Shown here one piece after another: positions 1 to 9,080 of a stretch of 32,000 nt of DNA. The notes beneath the pieces are model-generated. The model worked only from the letters and a program-made list of their open reading frames with translations, made no database searches and was not told where the DNA came from. The stretch is from positions 420,001 through 452,000 of the forward strand of contig CALSTM010000002.1 of NCBI GenBank assembly GCA_943789275.1, in the 5' to 3' direction. A program made the position numbers and the translations under genes. The DNA is from Candidatus Poseidoniaceae archaeon. Lineage in GTDB: Archaea > Thermoplasmatota > Poseidoniia > Poseidoniales > Poseidoniaceae. Every line of letters starts with the position of its first letter. Position 1 is the stretch's first letter.

Positions 1-49
1 TGGGCTTTGTCTTTTGCTCTTGATATAGACTCGATTTCTCTGGCTCTTC

Positions 50-766
50 ATGTCTCAAACTGGATACAGAATGTCAGAGCCGGAACTTCGTTCCGTTGAA
101 CTGCTTCAAGGGGTTGTCAGATCGACCTCTGCCACACTTGTTCTACTCACTCAAACCGAAATCAAGGTAAGGGTTCGAGGGGAATCAAAACGTTGGTATG
201 AAATCTATGCCAAATACCACGGACATGATGATATTTTTGATCATGGTGACAACGGATGGAATTGCTCGGTGAACGCTGGAAGACGTGAGACCGACATCAT
301 TGATGCCAACGATTATTGCGCTCAATTATGCCTTCATGCTAACGAACATAACCTCCCGATTGGCGACCAGGTCGTTTCTTTGATTCTATCGCTATCCAAC
401 GACATCAAAACCGCAATGGAGATACCCTTGCTGGCTCAGTTCATTGTATGCACTCGGCAAATGTTGGCGAATATTATGATCTTCCAAGACACAATGATTG
501 TTACCGAAGAGATGGCCGAATATGGGCACGATTGGATGGAAGAACAGCAAGAAGAGGAATTGCACAACCAAAATGCAGAGTATCAGCACGAACATTTGAT
601 GGAGGAAATGTATTCGTTAGAAGATTTTCTTGATGAACAGAGAGAAACGGATGAAGAATTGGAGGCGCAAAGGGAAGCCATCGAAGAAAAGAAAAGGAAG
701 AGAGACGAACAGTTAGCTGATTTTTGGAACCATGTTGCCGACAAACTCCATGATAACGACTCATAG
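50..766 (+). CDS. hypothetical protein with acidic Glu/Gln-rich C-terminal half
   Basis: 238-aa ORF with an ATG start. I recognise no family motif. There is a mid-protein Cys/His cluster (WNCS...CAQLCLHANEH). The 3' end overlaps the convergent acyl-CoA dehydrogenase stop by 6 nt. Confidence 0.5.
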   Translation: MSQTGYRMSEPELRSVELLQGVVRSTSATLVLLTQTEIKVRVRGESKRWYEIYAKYHGHDDIFDHGDNGWNCSVNAGRRETDIIDANDYCAQLCLHANEHNLPIGDQVVSLILSLSNDIKTAMEIPLLAQFIVCTRQMLANIMIFQDTMIVTEEMAEYGHDWMEEQQEEELHNQNAEYQHEHLMEEMYSLEDFLDEQRETDEELEAQREAIEEKKRKRDEQLADFWNHVADKLHDNDS

Positions 767-1915
767 ATTCTTGGTAATTTCTCGGCCAATAATCATTTTT
801 TGAACTTGCGATGAGCCTTCATAAATCTGCATAACTTTCGCTCCACGCATCAGGCGCGCAACGGGATACTCTTCAGAATAGCCGTAACCACCGAAAACTT
901 GGACTGCATCGGTTGAAACTTCCATGGCCGTATCAGCAGCAAATCGTTTTGCATGCGCTGCAGATTCAGTGTTCTGGACTCCTGCATCAGAATCTGCTGC
1001 CGACTTCCATGTTAGCATGCGAGATGCTTCAATCTTGGTCTTCATATCGGCAAGCATGAATTGAATGGCTTGGTGCTTATACAGCGGTTTGCCAAAAGTG
1101 GAACGCTCTCCTGAATATTGTAAAGCATGCTCATAGGCAGCCCGAGCAAGACCCGTAGCATGGGCTGCGATGTTGGGTCGGCTCATGTCAAACGCTTTCA
1201 TAGCGTTCATCCAACCGCCTGATTCTGAACCTCCAACCAACTGGTCCGCAGGAATGCGAACATCATCGAACTGTATCGAACGAGTATCTGAGCAACGCTG
1301 ACCCATGTTGGTTTCTTTCTTACCAAGAGAAAATCCCTCGGCTGTGCTTTCGACAATGAAACCTGACATCCCTTTGTATCCTGCATCGACATCAGTCTTG
1401 GCTAGAACGAAAAAGAAGTCAGCATAACCTGCACCCGTGATCCACATTTTCGAACCGTTGATGACGTATTCATCACCGTCTCGAACTGCGGATGTCTTGC
1501 ACGCTGCAACATCGGAACCTGCACCAGGCTCGGTGACTGCATAGGATGCGAGCTTACCTTCTTCCGATACCATTCGCAACCACTTTTGCTTCTGTTCCTC
1601 AGTGGCACCCGTGATAATTGGTGCACATGCCAGCGAAGTTGCGTAAGCAGCAGTCGCAAATCCAGGGTCTCCCCATGCTAATTCCTCATTCACAAGGACT
1701 TCTTCCATAGAACCAAGTCCTGGTCCACCGTAATCCTCTGAAATATGTAAATTGAGCAATCCCATTTCGTGTGCTGCCTGTATGGCTTCTTTCGGATAAA
1801 CTGATTCTGCATCCCAATGTTCTGCATGTGGACGGATTTCGTCAACTGCAAACTCATGGGCCAGTTCCTTGAGCATCTCTTGCATCTCGTCCAGTTGGAA
1901 GTTCACCATGGACAA
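761..1915 (-). CDS. acyl-CoA dehydrogenase
   Basis: 384 aa. It has the ACAD hallmarks TEPGAGSDVAA and a C-terminal IYEGSSQVQ (catalytic Glu region), and is collinear with short/medium-chain ACADs over its full length. Confidence 0.9.
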   Translation of the reverse strand: MSMVNFQLDEMQEMLKELAHEFAVDEIRPHAEHWDAESVYPKEAIQAAHEMGLLNLHISEDYGGPGLGSMEEVLVNEELAWGDPGFATAAYATSLACAPIITGATEEQKQKWLRMVSEEGKLASYAVTEPGAGSDVAACKTSAVRDGDEYVINGSKMWITGAGYADFFFVLAKTDVDAGYKGMSGFIVESTAEGFSLGKKETNMGQRCSDTRSIQFDDVRIPADQLVGGSESGGWMNAMKAFDMSRPNIAAHATGLARAAYEHALQYSGERSTFGKPLYKHQAIQFMLADMKTKIEASRMLTWKSAADSDAGVQNTESAAHAKRFAADTAMEVSTDAVQVFGGYGYSEEYPVARLMRGAKVMQIYEGSSQVQKMIIGREITKNL

Positions 1916-1947
1916 CCCAAGGAGTCGCCCCTTATCTCTTCATTGAT

Positions 1948-3075
1948 TCAGAAAGTAATCCACTTCCGATTGTACGCTTCCAATGTGATAAGGAAGAGAA
2001 TGTAGATGAGAATCATTGTGTACCCTTCCCATTTCTTGAACTCATACGAAGTTCGCATCATGAGTAATGCAATACCGCATCCAAGAACTGTGAACGGCAT
2101 CAAGATGTAGACAATGAAATCAAAACCAACTGGAGATATGGCCAGTGGAGAGATGAGCCCTGCAAGTCCTATTGAAAGCAGTGGGTCGGTAATGTTCGAA
2201 CCAATCAAAGTTCCAATGGCTACACCTTGGCTTCTCTTCGAAGCCATGATGGCGATTGTTAATTCAGGCAACGAGGTCCCAATTCCTGAAACAGTGGTGC
2301 CGACAATAGCTTGCGGAACGTTGAGTTCCAAGGCAATCAAACTCGCGTATTCTACAAGGTGATGAGCAGCAAAAACCGCAAAAGCAAGACCTCCAATGAC
2401 CATGATGAGGTAGGCTGCAGTACTCCAACTTGAGCCCCTAACCTCGACGCCATCGCGGTTTTGATCTTCCTCCATTTGGATGACTTTTCTGTGCTTCAAT
2501 AGCCAACCGATGTAGACAATATACAAACTCACCAAGATACCTGCTTCCCAACGCTCAAGAACATATCCAGTCAGCAAAAAGAAAGTCAAAAGTAAAACGG
2601 CAAGCAACATGATGAGGCCGTCTCGCTTCAGCCATGATTCTCTGATTTTGAGTCCATTTTTGACAACAACAATACCCATAATGAGGGTGATTTGAACGAA
2701 CACCGAGCCGAGAATAGAACCGATTGCAAAATCAGCGACTTGAGGCGATGAAGCGACATCTAATGCTGCAGTCGTCGTGACGAGAATTTCCGGTAAAGAA
2801 GTGCCAATGGAAACTATAGTGAGTCCGATGACAACTTCAGGTAATCCACCTCGTCGAGCGAGCCCCTTTGCGCCTTCGATGAAAAAATCAGCAGAAAAAA
2901 TGAGAAGGCCAAGGGCGAGACAGGCGATAACAGCGGTGAGTATAAGACTGTCAATTCCTGCAGATTGCTCCAAGACGCGTACTGCGACGATACCTAGAAA
3001 CAAGGCTCCGGTCGTAATGAGCGTTTGGAAGTGAATAAGTTGTGGGATACCCATCACTTTCTCGTCGGACCCCAT
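1948..3075 (-). CDS. Na+/Ca2+ exchanger family (CaCA, YrbG-like) membrane protein
   Basis: Two alpha-repeat signatures, GTSLPEILVT and GTSLPELTIAI, in a polytopic membrane protein. The first ATG is at 3075; the ORF track start at 3087 is a TTG. Confidence 0.85.
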   Translation of the reverse strand: MGSDEKVMGIPQLIHFQTLITTGALFLGIVAVRVLEQSAGIDSLILTAVIACLALGLLIFSADFFIEGAKGLARRGGLPEVVIGLTIVSIGTSLPEILVTTTAALDVASSPQVADFAIGSILGSVFVQITLIMGIVVVKNGLKIRESWLKRDGLIMLLAVLLLTFFLLTGYVLERWEAGILVSLYIVYIGWLLKHRKVIQMEEDQNRDGVEVRGSSWSTAAYLIMVIGGLAFAVFAAHHLVEYASLIALELNVPQAIVGTTVSGIGTSLPELTIAIMASKRSQGVAIGTLIGSNITDPLLSIGLAGLISPLAISPVGFDFIVYILMPFTVLGCGIALLMMRTSYEFKKWEGYTMILIYILFLITLEAYNRKWITF

Positions 3076-3124
3076 AGAACCGACCAAGAATCCTTACTTC
3101 TTCACGGTTCCCTTTCATTTGAAC

Positions 3125-3137
3125 AAAAAAATATATT
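3125..3137. promoter_or_regulatory. candidate archaeal TATA element in a divergent intergenic region
   Basis: AAAAAAATATATT is the only strongly AT-rich box between the divergent CaCA and aquaporin genes. It lies about 40 nt upstream of the aquaporin ATG. Confidence 0.3.
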
Positions 3138-3173
3138 GGCAAAGCACATAACTGTCCTGCCGAACGGTTTGAC

Positions 3174-3806
3174 ATGCTACATCGTTGCATGGCCGAATTT
3201 CTCGGTACGGCACTCATGGTTGGCATAGGATGCGGAAGCATCGCTCTTGGCGCATCTGGTGCTGTCGTTTCCATTTCCTTCGGAGTCGCAGTTACCATCG
3301 CAATACTGTTGTTCCAGCCAATCAGTGGCGCACACATCAACCCAGCGGTATCTCTAGCGTTTTTCAGAAGTGGGCATTTGGAAAAAGAAGCTGTTGGCCC
3401 CTACATTGTAGCACAACTAAGTGGTGCGTCATTCGCAGCGTTCTTGCTCGATGGCGCCGGATCAACAACGGTGGCTGATGATGTATCGTTCCTGACTGCA
3501 AGTACGATTGAGGTGTTCATCACTTTCGCTTTGATGGCAAGTATCTACTGGATTGTCTTGCGATCTCAAACGCATGTTTCGATTGCCGTTTTTGTAGGGT
3601 TCGTGGTGGCCGTACTGGCGTACTTGTTTGGCCCGTTTACCGGTGCATCGATGAACCCAGCCCGAACATTTGGACCGAATGTTTTCTCTGATTTATATCT
3701 AAGCATACCGTTCTATAGTTTTATGACGGTGTGCGGTGCTTTGATTGCAGCGGAACTCTTTGTACGCCTGAAACTCGGCAAGACTGCAGCAGAAACTCAG
3801 GATTGA
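3174..3806 (+). CDS. MIP-family channel (aquaporin/aquaglyceroporin-like)
   Basis: Two NPA boxes (SGAHINPAVSLAF and GASMNPARTFGP) and an AEFLGT N-terminal helix. The start could instead be the Met at 3189. Confidence 0.9.
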   Translation: MLHRCMAEFLGTALMVGIGCGSIALGASGAVVSISFGVAVTIAILLFQPISGAHINPAVSLAFFRSGHLEKEAVGPYIVAQLSGASFAAFLLDGAGSTTVADDVSFLTASTIEVFITFALMASIYWIVLRSQTHVSIAVFVGFVVAVLAYLFGPFTGASMNPARTFGPNVFSDLYLSIPFYSFMTVCGALIAAELFVRLKLGKTAAETQD

Positions 3807-6424
3807 GTCGTCAACCTCAACACTTTTACCACATGCTCCAACGAAGGTATTGTGAAGTTTTCAAGCGGTGGAGAAAACGGAACTGGCGTATCAAGTGCTC
3901 CAATAACAAGCGGAGCAGATTCGAGTGTATAGAAGCATGATTCCAATATTCGGCTCTGGATACTGTGCCCTAAACCGCCGCACCACTGACCTTCCTGCAG
4001 AACAACCAATCGTCCTGTTCGCGATACAGACTCAATGCATGTTTGAGCATCAAAGGGCAGCAATGTTCGCAAATCAACGATTTCAACTTCAATATCTTCA
4101 CGGGCAAGTTCTTCCGCTGCTTGTTGTGCAACATGAAGCATGGAGCCCCATGTCACCAAAGTTACATCGCGGCCACCGCGGACAACTGCGGCTTTGCCAA
4201 GTTTGTACCGTTCACCTTTGGCAATCGCTTGTTGAACGGTTTCGGTATCGACGTTTTGGTTGATGTTTTGACCCCAACCGGTTAATCCACCACGCAGTCC
4301 ATACAATCCAATGTGTTCCAAGAACAACACGGGATCGTTGAGTTCGGCGCTTTCCATGAGTAAATCATATGCGTCCTGTGGAGTACCTGCTGCAACAACA
4401 ACCAATCCAGGGTCATTGGCAAACCATGATTCAATCATGTTGGCGTGGAACGGCCCTGAGCGTGTACGAGCACCAAGAGGGATTCGTATGGTCATAGGGC
4501 ATTCTGCACCCCATCGCCAACGGAGCATAGCCGCATTGTTGAGCAGAGCGTTAAACCCGAGAGCGGCAAAACCTCCAAACTGAATCTCAACCATTGGCCG
4601 CATTCCTGAGAGAGCGGCACCAACACCGGTGTGGACAATCGCTGCTTCACAAAGAGGCATGTCGATCAACTTGTCAGTGTGACCAGCGTTCTTCAAGGCC
4701 ATATTCATGCCAAAAGCACCTGCAACTTCCATGTCCTCGCCAATGAACATGCAATCTTCACCGTGGCGTGTTGCTATGTCGGCCATGGCTTGTTGAATGG
4801 AACGTGCATAGGTCCATCCTCCTTTTTCAGCATAGGTGAGTGCAGTGACGCCTACGTCCAGAGGAGAAGAAGGATATTCTGCATCGGAGACAGTGGAAAG
4901 ACGATTGAAGCGCTCTTCATGCGTTTCGGCATCGTTGAGTGACGTGACACCTTTCGTCACCGATTCAGGTTCCGGCCATGCCATGTCTTCCAATTCTTGA
5001 CGGGCTGCGTCAATATCTCGTTGCTCAACCTCCTCCATATCGGCGAGTTTCGATTCTTCAAGACCAAGATCGAGCAATAATTGGCGATGTGTTGGAAGAG
5101 GGTCTTTAGCTTCCCAATACGCAAGTAATTCTCTGTCTACATAACCTGGTGGAGTTCCGGATTCGTTACCCAGATAGAGGTCATCATGATGATGGGCATG
5201 ACCACAGCCACGCATTGTTTCGACGTGGATGAGTGTCGGGCCACCACCTTCCAGAGCAAACTCACGTGCAGAAGCAGTGCTGGCATACCATGCCGCCGGG
5301 TCGGAACCATCGATGGTCCATGCTGGGAACCCCATAGCATCTGCTTTGTCCGCCCAAATCTCAACACCTGATTGTTTGATTGGAGAGGTGTCAAGAGCGA
5401 TTTGGTTGTTTTGGAGTATGTAGGTAATCGGAAGGCCCCGCGCTCCAGCGAGGTTCATGGCTTCCCAAAATTCCCCAGATGAAGAAGCACCTTCACCGAT
5501 ACAGGCGACATGGAAGCGGTCCAATTGTTGACGCCAAGCAGCAAAGGCAAGACCGGTCATGGTTACACTTGCAATTGGGAGTGGAGCGGTTGGAGGAAGT
5601 ACCCCGACGTGCCATGCACCGACGTGCAAATCTCGACCACCAGCGCCTTCCCAGCCGCCGTTTTGGTTCGAGCCTGCTTTACCAAGGTTAGCAGCCATCA
5701 CATCAAGAGGAGTGTCCCCCATAGCAAGACCAAGCCCGATATCACGAATCATAGGTGCAATCAAATCGCCATCGTATCCCGCTCCAGGGCGAGCAGTACG
5801 AGGTGCGTCAGTCTGGCGCTCAAGTGCAGTTGCCACTGCAACTACGCCTTCCTGCCATGTTGAACGGAAACCTTTGCCTCCGAACTTGGAGCCATCTGGA
5901 GTCTCAACTCCTTCAGTGAAAATCGATTTCAATTCATCATCCAGCATTCTGGTTCGCGTCATCATGGTCTGCCATTCAAGGCGCTGTTCCATGGTAACCG
6001 ACATGTAATGGGCAAGTCTGCGGAAAACCAAGCGTAAGTCGAGGAGGAAGTGCTGTGCTCGTCGGTCGAGAAACATCTTAAGGTCCCTTCGAGGAATGAC
6101 TTCGACTTCAGAATCATCTTTCATTTTCGCATCAACTTGTGCGACAAGACCACGGTGAACTGCATCGACAAACCGCTGGCTGAAATCGTGCCACGAAGGT
6201 CCTTCAAATTGTTTGGTTTCATTCTCAATCAACACATCCCAAACATTGGCAACAAGGAACAAATGGCCATCATGACGCTGAGCCACAAACCGTAGAATCT
6301 CTCGACGTGCTGCATCTGCATGAAGTGGTTGAGAGAACACCAGCGGTTGCTTTGCAGTCCACTCAGCTCCATGGATGACCGGCAAATCTCCTTGGCTCAT
6401 GGTTCGGCCAAAGGTCACCCCCAT
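3797..6424 (-). CDS. TPP-dependent 2-oxoacid dehydrogenase E1 component, fused alpha and beta subunits
   Basis: TPP motif GEGASSSGEFWEAMNLAGARGLPITYILQNN (alpha module), followed by a transketolase-pyrimidine/beta module (MFIGEDMEVAGAFG...). The N-terminal extension of about 140 aa is unassigned. Confidence 0.85.
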   Translation of the reverse strand: MGVTFGRTMSQGDLPVIHGAEWTAKQPLVFSQPLHADAARREILRFVAQRHDGHLFLVANVWDVLIENETKQFEGPSWHDFSQRFVDAVHRGLVAQVDAKMKDDSEVEVIPRRDLKMFLDRRAQHFLLDLRLVFRRLAHYMSVTMEQRLEWQTMMTRTRMLDDELKSIFTEGVETPDGSKFGGKGFRSTWQEGVVAVATALERQTDAPRTARPGAGYDGDLIAPMIRDIGLGLAMGDTPLDVMAANLGKAGSNQNGGWEGAGGRDLHVGAWHVGVLPPTAPLPIASVTMTGLAFAAWRQQLDRFHVACIGEGASSSGEFWEAMNLAGARGLPITYILQNNQIALDTSPIKQSGVEIWADKADAMGFPAWTIDGSDPAAWYASTASAREFALEGGGPTLIHVETMRGCGHAHHHDDLYLGNESGTPPGYVDRELLAYWEAKDPLPTHRQLLLDLGLEESKLADMEEVEQRDIDAARQELEDMAWPEPESVTKGVTSLNDAETHEERFNRLSTVSDAEYPSSPLDVGVTALTYAEKGGWTYARSIQQAMADIATRHGEDCMFIGEDMEVAGAFGMNMALKNAGHTDKLIDMPLCEAAIVHTGVGAALSGMRPMVEIQFGGFAALGFNALLNNAAMLRWRWGAECPMTIRIPLGARTRSGPFHANMIESWFANDPGLVVVAAGTPQDAYDLLMESAELNDPVLFLEHIGLYGLRGGLTGWGQNINQNVDTETVQQAIAKGERYKLGKAAVVRGGRDVTLVTWGSMLHVAQQAAEELAREDIEVEIVDLRTLLPFDAQTCIESVSRTGRLVVLQEGQWCGGLGHSIQSRILESCFYTLESAPLVIGALDTPVPFSPPLENFTIPSLEHVVKVLRLTTQS

Positions 6425-6454
6425 ACAAACACGACGGATAAAGAAAAGAAACTA

Positions 6455-7045
6455 TCAACGAACAATGACCATTCCGTTTCCTCGTACTTTCGAGCATGAA
6501 CTTGGAATCAATAATAAATCAATCAGCCACCACAGCCCACACCCTTGACCAGTGATGAAAGCGAGAATAAAGATACCAATACCTCGACCCATGTATAAGT
6601 GATGAATTCCAAGAGGGCCTAAGAGGAGCCAAAGCAAGTATGAAACCAGTATACTTGGTTGGGAGCCGCCTGTTTGAACATACGTCTGTTGCATTACTGG
6701 CTGTTGCATCATCGGTTGCTGCATAACTGGCTGTTGCATGACCTGTTGCTGAGCAACATAATTTTGTGGGTTTGCAGTTGGAAATGGAGACTGAGGTGTT
6801 TGAGATACGGACATTGCGGCTTGTTGGATTTCTGCTTGTTGAAGTACTCCGTCTTGATTTTGGTCGAAATAAGGTGCTGCCTGCGCAAGTTGTTGTGGGT
6901 CGACACCTGTTTGAGTTGCAACGGTGGAAAGGATTTGTTGATCGATCGCTTCCTGAGGCAGAACTTGTGATTGAGGAGGGGTAGGAATCCATTCTGTTCC
7001 GTTCCACATCCATTGACCATCGGGGCTGAAAGTTGGGCTAGACAT
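6455..7045 (-). CDS. TM2 domain membrane protein with Q-rich N-terminal region
   Basis: C-terminal LLWLLLGPLGIHHLYMGRGIGIFILAFITGQGCGLWWLIDLLLIP is typical of a TM2 domain. The N-terminal part is Gln/Pro-rich with (V/M)MQQP repeats. Confidence 0.75.
   Translation of the reverse strand: MSSPTFSPDGQWMWNGTEWIPTPPQSQVLPQEAIDQQILSTVATQTGVDPQQLAQAAPYFDQNQDGVLQQAEIQQAAMSVSQTPQSPFPTANPQNYVAQQQVMQQPVMQQPMMQQPVMQQTYVQTGGSQPSILVSYLLWLLLGPLGIHHLYMGRGIGIFILAFITGQGCGLWWLIDLLLIPSSCSKVRGNGMVIVR
6686..6742 (-). repeat. in-frame 15-nt tandem repeat encoding (V/M)MQQP x4
   Basis: VMQQPVMQQPMMQQPVMQQ; ctgttgcat-type units are visible in the DNA. Confidence 0.6.
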
Positions 7046-7110
7046 GGCTTTACGAGCAGTATTGGCTATATTTGCGTTATGCTACTCAAAAGACAAAAGA
7101 AAGGAGGCAC

Positions 7111-7905
7111 TTAAATCAAAGAGGATGACTCCCCTTGAGGTATCGCATCTTGCAAGGCTTTCATGGACGCACGAGTGACAAAAACCGTGGCGAGAATCGA
7201 GGCGAGAATTCCTAGGACGAGCATAGCGTTGCCTATGGGAGTTGAATTCATGCCATCCATGCCCGATGAGTTGAGAGCAAAGCGTCCAAGAGCGTGCCCA
7301 TAGTATGCGTAAGCCAACGAGTAAACAATGCCCGAACAGTTCGAAACCATGTACACGCGAAGACTTACCGGAGTGGCTGACATCAAGTAATTGAGCCATT
7401 CATCCGGAATCAAGGGGGAAAGACGTACAAGCACTGAGATTTTCATTGCATCAACAGTCAGTGCTGTTTCGATATTACGAAGCCGTTGATCGTTCATAAT
7501 AGAACGTTGAATGCTTTCTCGGAACAGCCACCTTCCGAGTAAAAAGGCGATAAGTCCGCCAAGCAACGATGCAATAAAATTCGCTGCTGCGGCAATCCAA
7601 AACGGGAAAATCGCTCCTGCCGCCACTTTGATGAGCGGGGTTGGGAACAGGACCACCACGGCAAACGATAGTGAGAGGGTGAAAACAATTGGCCCAAGAG
7701 GACCCAAGTCTTCGAACCACAGCAAGATGTTTTGAGCGTCTCGGAACAAAAGAACACTGCAAACAGCGCAGAATGTAAGGACCAACAGACCGATTAAGGC
7801 CCTCCAACGGTAGACTTTCGGTTGATTCGTTTTGAGTTCATCCAAGTCGGATTTACGGTCAACCAATCGCAGTTCACTCGGACGAGGGATGGGGTACTTC
7901 ACCAT
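7111..7905 (-). CDS. TVP38/TMEM64 (DedA-related) family membrane protein
   Basis: Polytopic protein with the family-typical region FPTPLIKVAAGAIFPFWIAAAANFIASLLGGLIAFLLGRWLFR. The ATG at 7905 has GAGGAG 5 nt upstream. The track start at 7911 is a GTG overlapping the upstream stop. Confidence 0.75.
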   Translation of the reverse strand: MVKYPIPRPSELRLVDRKSDLDELKTNQPKVYRWRALIGLLVLTFCAVCSVLLFRDAQNILLWFEDLGPLGPIVFTLSLSFAVVVLFPTPLIKVAAGAIFPFWIAAAANFIASLLGGLIAFLLGRWLFRESIQRSIMNDQRLRNIETALTVDAMKISVLVRLSPLIPDEWLNYLMSATPVSLRVYMVSNCSGIVYSLAYAYYGHALGRFALNSSGMDGMNSTPIGNAMLVLGILASILATVFVTRASMKALQDAIPQGESSSLI

Positions 7906-7907
7906 TC

Positions 7908-8978
7908 TCACTCCTCTTCCTCGACATGAGGGAGAGCATCCAAAACATCTGCCATCATTTGGGCTGCATCCTCAATTTGTGTTAACAAAGTGATGTCAGA
8001 TACCACGCCACGTTGGCCTAAGTTCCACATTAAATCTGAGACGACTTCTGATGTTAATCGAGTCAATTTCAGCACTTCGGGGTCGATGGGGACCATCGTC
8101 CCGAAATCGTGCAGAGCGATCAATTCAGGCTCTTCATCAAGAATGGCGTCCATCTTCGATTCGACCTCATCTGCCAAATCTTGGGCTTGTGACTCCAAAA
8201 TGCCTTCCATTGAAGAGGAGAAACCCTGGTTCATTTGTTGGAGTTGGTTGCCTCCCAAGGACGTACCCTTTTTGGCTTGACTTGGTGAAGAAGGACCCAT
8301 CATTGGATTTTGGCCTGCTGCGTTTGGCGCATCGAGTTCTCCGTCAACACTTGCTTGTTCGACCAACTTGTTGAGGGCCATTCGAAGCATAGAGGACATT
8401 GCTGATGAATCAAGTTCAGTGCTCACTTCCATACCCTCTTCATCCATTTGGGTAAGGATTTCATCGATGAAATTGGTATTGATTTTCTCTGGCCCAACGA
8501 GCCCTTTCAGCATTGGGAGAGCCCAACTGCTGTCGCCCATGGTCATCGAGACATCAAAACTACCGCCTCCTCCGGACGCTCGTTCGACATCCGCAGGCGG
8601 TGGAACGAATTGCTTGCGCGTGTGCTTGTTCAATTGCTGAATTAAAACGTTCATGTCCACCGGTTTTCGGATGACTTCAGAAACTCCCGATTGTGCTGCA
8701 CTCATCAAGTATTCTTGTGAGACATTACGACCAAGGATTACAACTCGACATTTGAATGCAAACTCCGGGTCACTCATCAAGCGTTGGCATGCATCGATGG
8801 CGTCTCCAATCTTCCATTCCCCGTCGATAAGAACGACTTCAGGCATAATGGCCAAAGCAGTACCCTCCGCTTGACGAAGGGTGGCGGCTCTGGTAATGTC
8901 AAACCCATTCCGTTCCAGAGTATTGGCAAGAAGTGAACGGCGACCTTCATTTTCGTCTGCAACGATGACTTTGGCCAT
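7908..8978 (-). CDS. response regulator receiver (CheY-like REC) protein with an uncharacterised acidic C-terminal domain
   Basis: The N-terminal 120 aa have the REC pattern (VADENE, VVLIDGEW phospho-Asp position, IRKPVD with the conserved Lys-Pro). A strong SD (GGGAGGGAG) precedes the ATG. Confidence 0.8.
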   Translation of the reverse strand: MAKVIVADENEGRRSLLANTLERNGFDITRAATLRQAEGTALAIMPEVVLIDGEWKIGDAIDACQRLMSDPEFAFKCRVVILGRNVSQEYLMSAAQSGVSEVIRKPVDMNVLIQQLNKHTRKQFVPPPADVERASGGGGSFDVSMTMGDSSWALPMLKGLVGPEKINTNFIDEILTQMDEEGMEVSTELDSSAMSSMLRMALNKLVEQASVDGELDAPNAAGQNPMMGPSSPSQAKKGTSLGGNQLQQMNQGFSSSMEGILESQAQDLADEVESKMDAILDEEPELIALHDFGTMVPIDPEVLKLTRLTSEVVSDLMWNLGQRGVVSDITLLTQIEDAAQMMADVLDALPHVEEEE

Positions 8979-9080
8979 AATCTCCCTCCCTTCATTGACA
9001 GGGGTGACTGTGGAGTCTTGAACCTCACCCTTGACACAGGTGTTGAATGTTCAATTTGAGAGGGGAATTGAGAAGCCGAG

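Noticed and set aside
3185-3478. A 97-aa ORF ending in ..NNGG, considered as a possible ubiquitin-like SAMP/MoaD partner for the E1-like enzyme.
   Set aside because: It lies out of frame entirely inside the aquaporin gene, is Arg/Trp-rich nonsense, and has no beta-grasp pattern.
6519-7020. Four overlapping ORFs of about 100-160 aa on both strands across the TM2 gene.
   Set aside because: They are generated by the CAG/CTG-rich repeat composition. Only the 6455..7045 frame yields a recognisable TM2 domain.
8998-9032. Imperfect hairpin (CAGGGGTGA..17 nt..TCACCCTTG) between the moeB-like stop and the response-regulator start, considered as a terminator or riboswitch-like element.
   Set aside because: The stem is short with a wobble pair, and there is no adjacent T-tract on the transcribed strand. 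Part of it is simply the SD-like GGTGA context.
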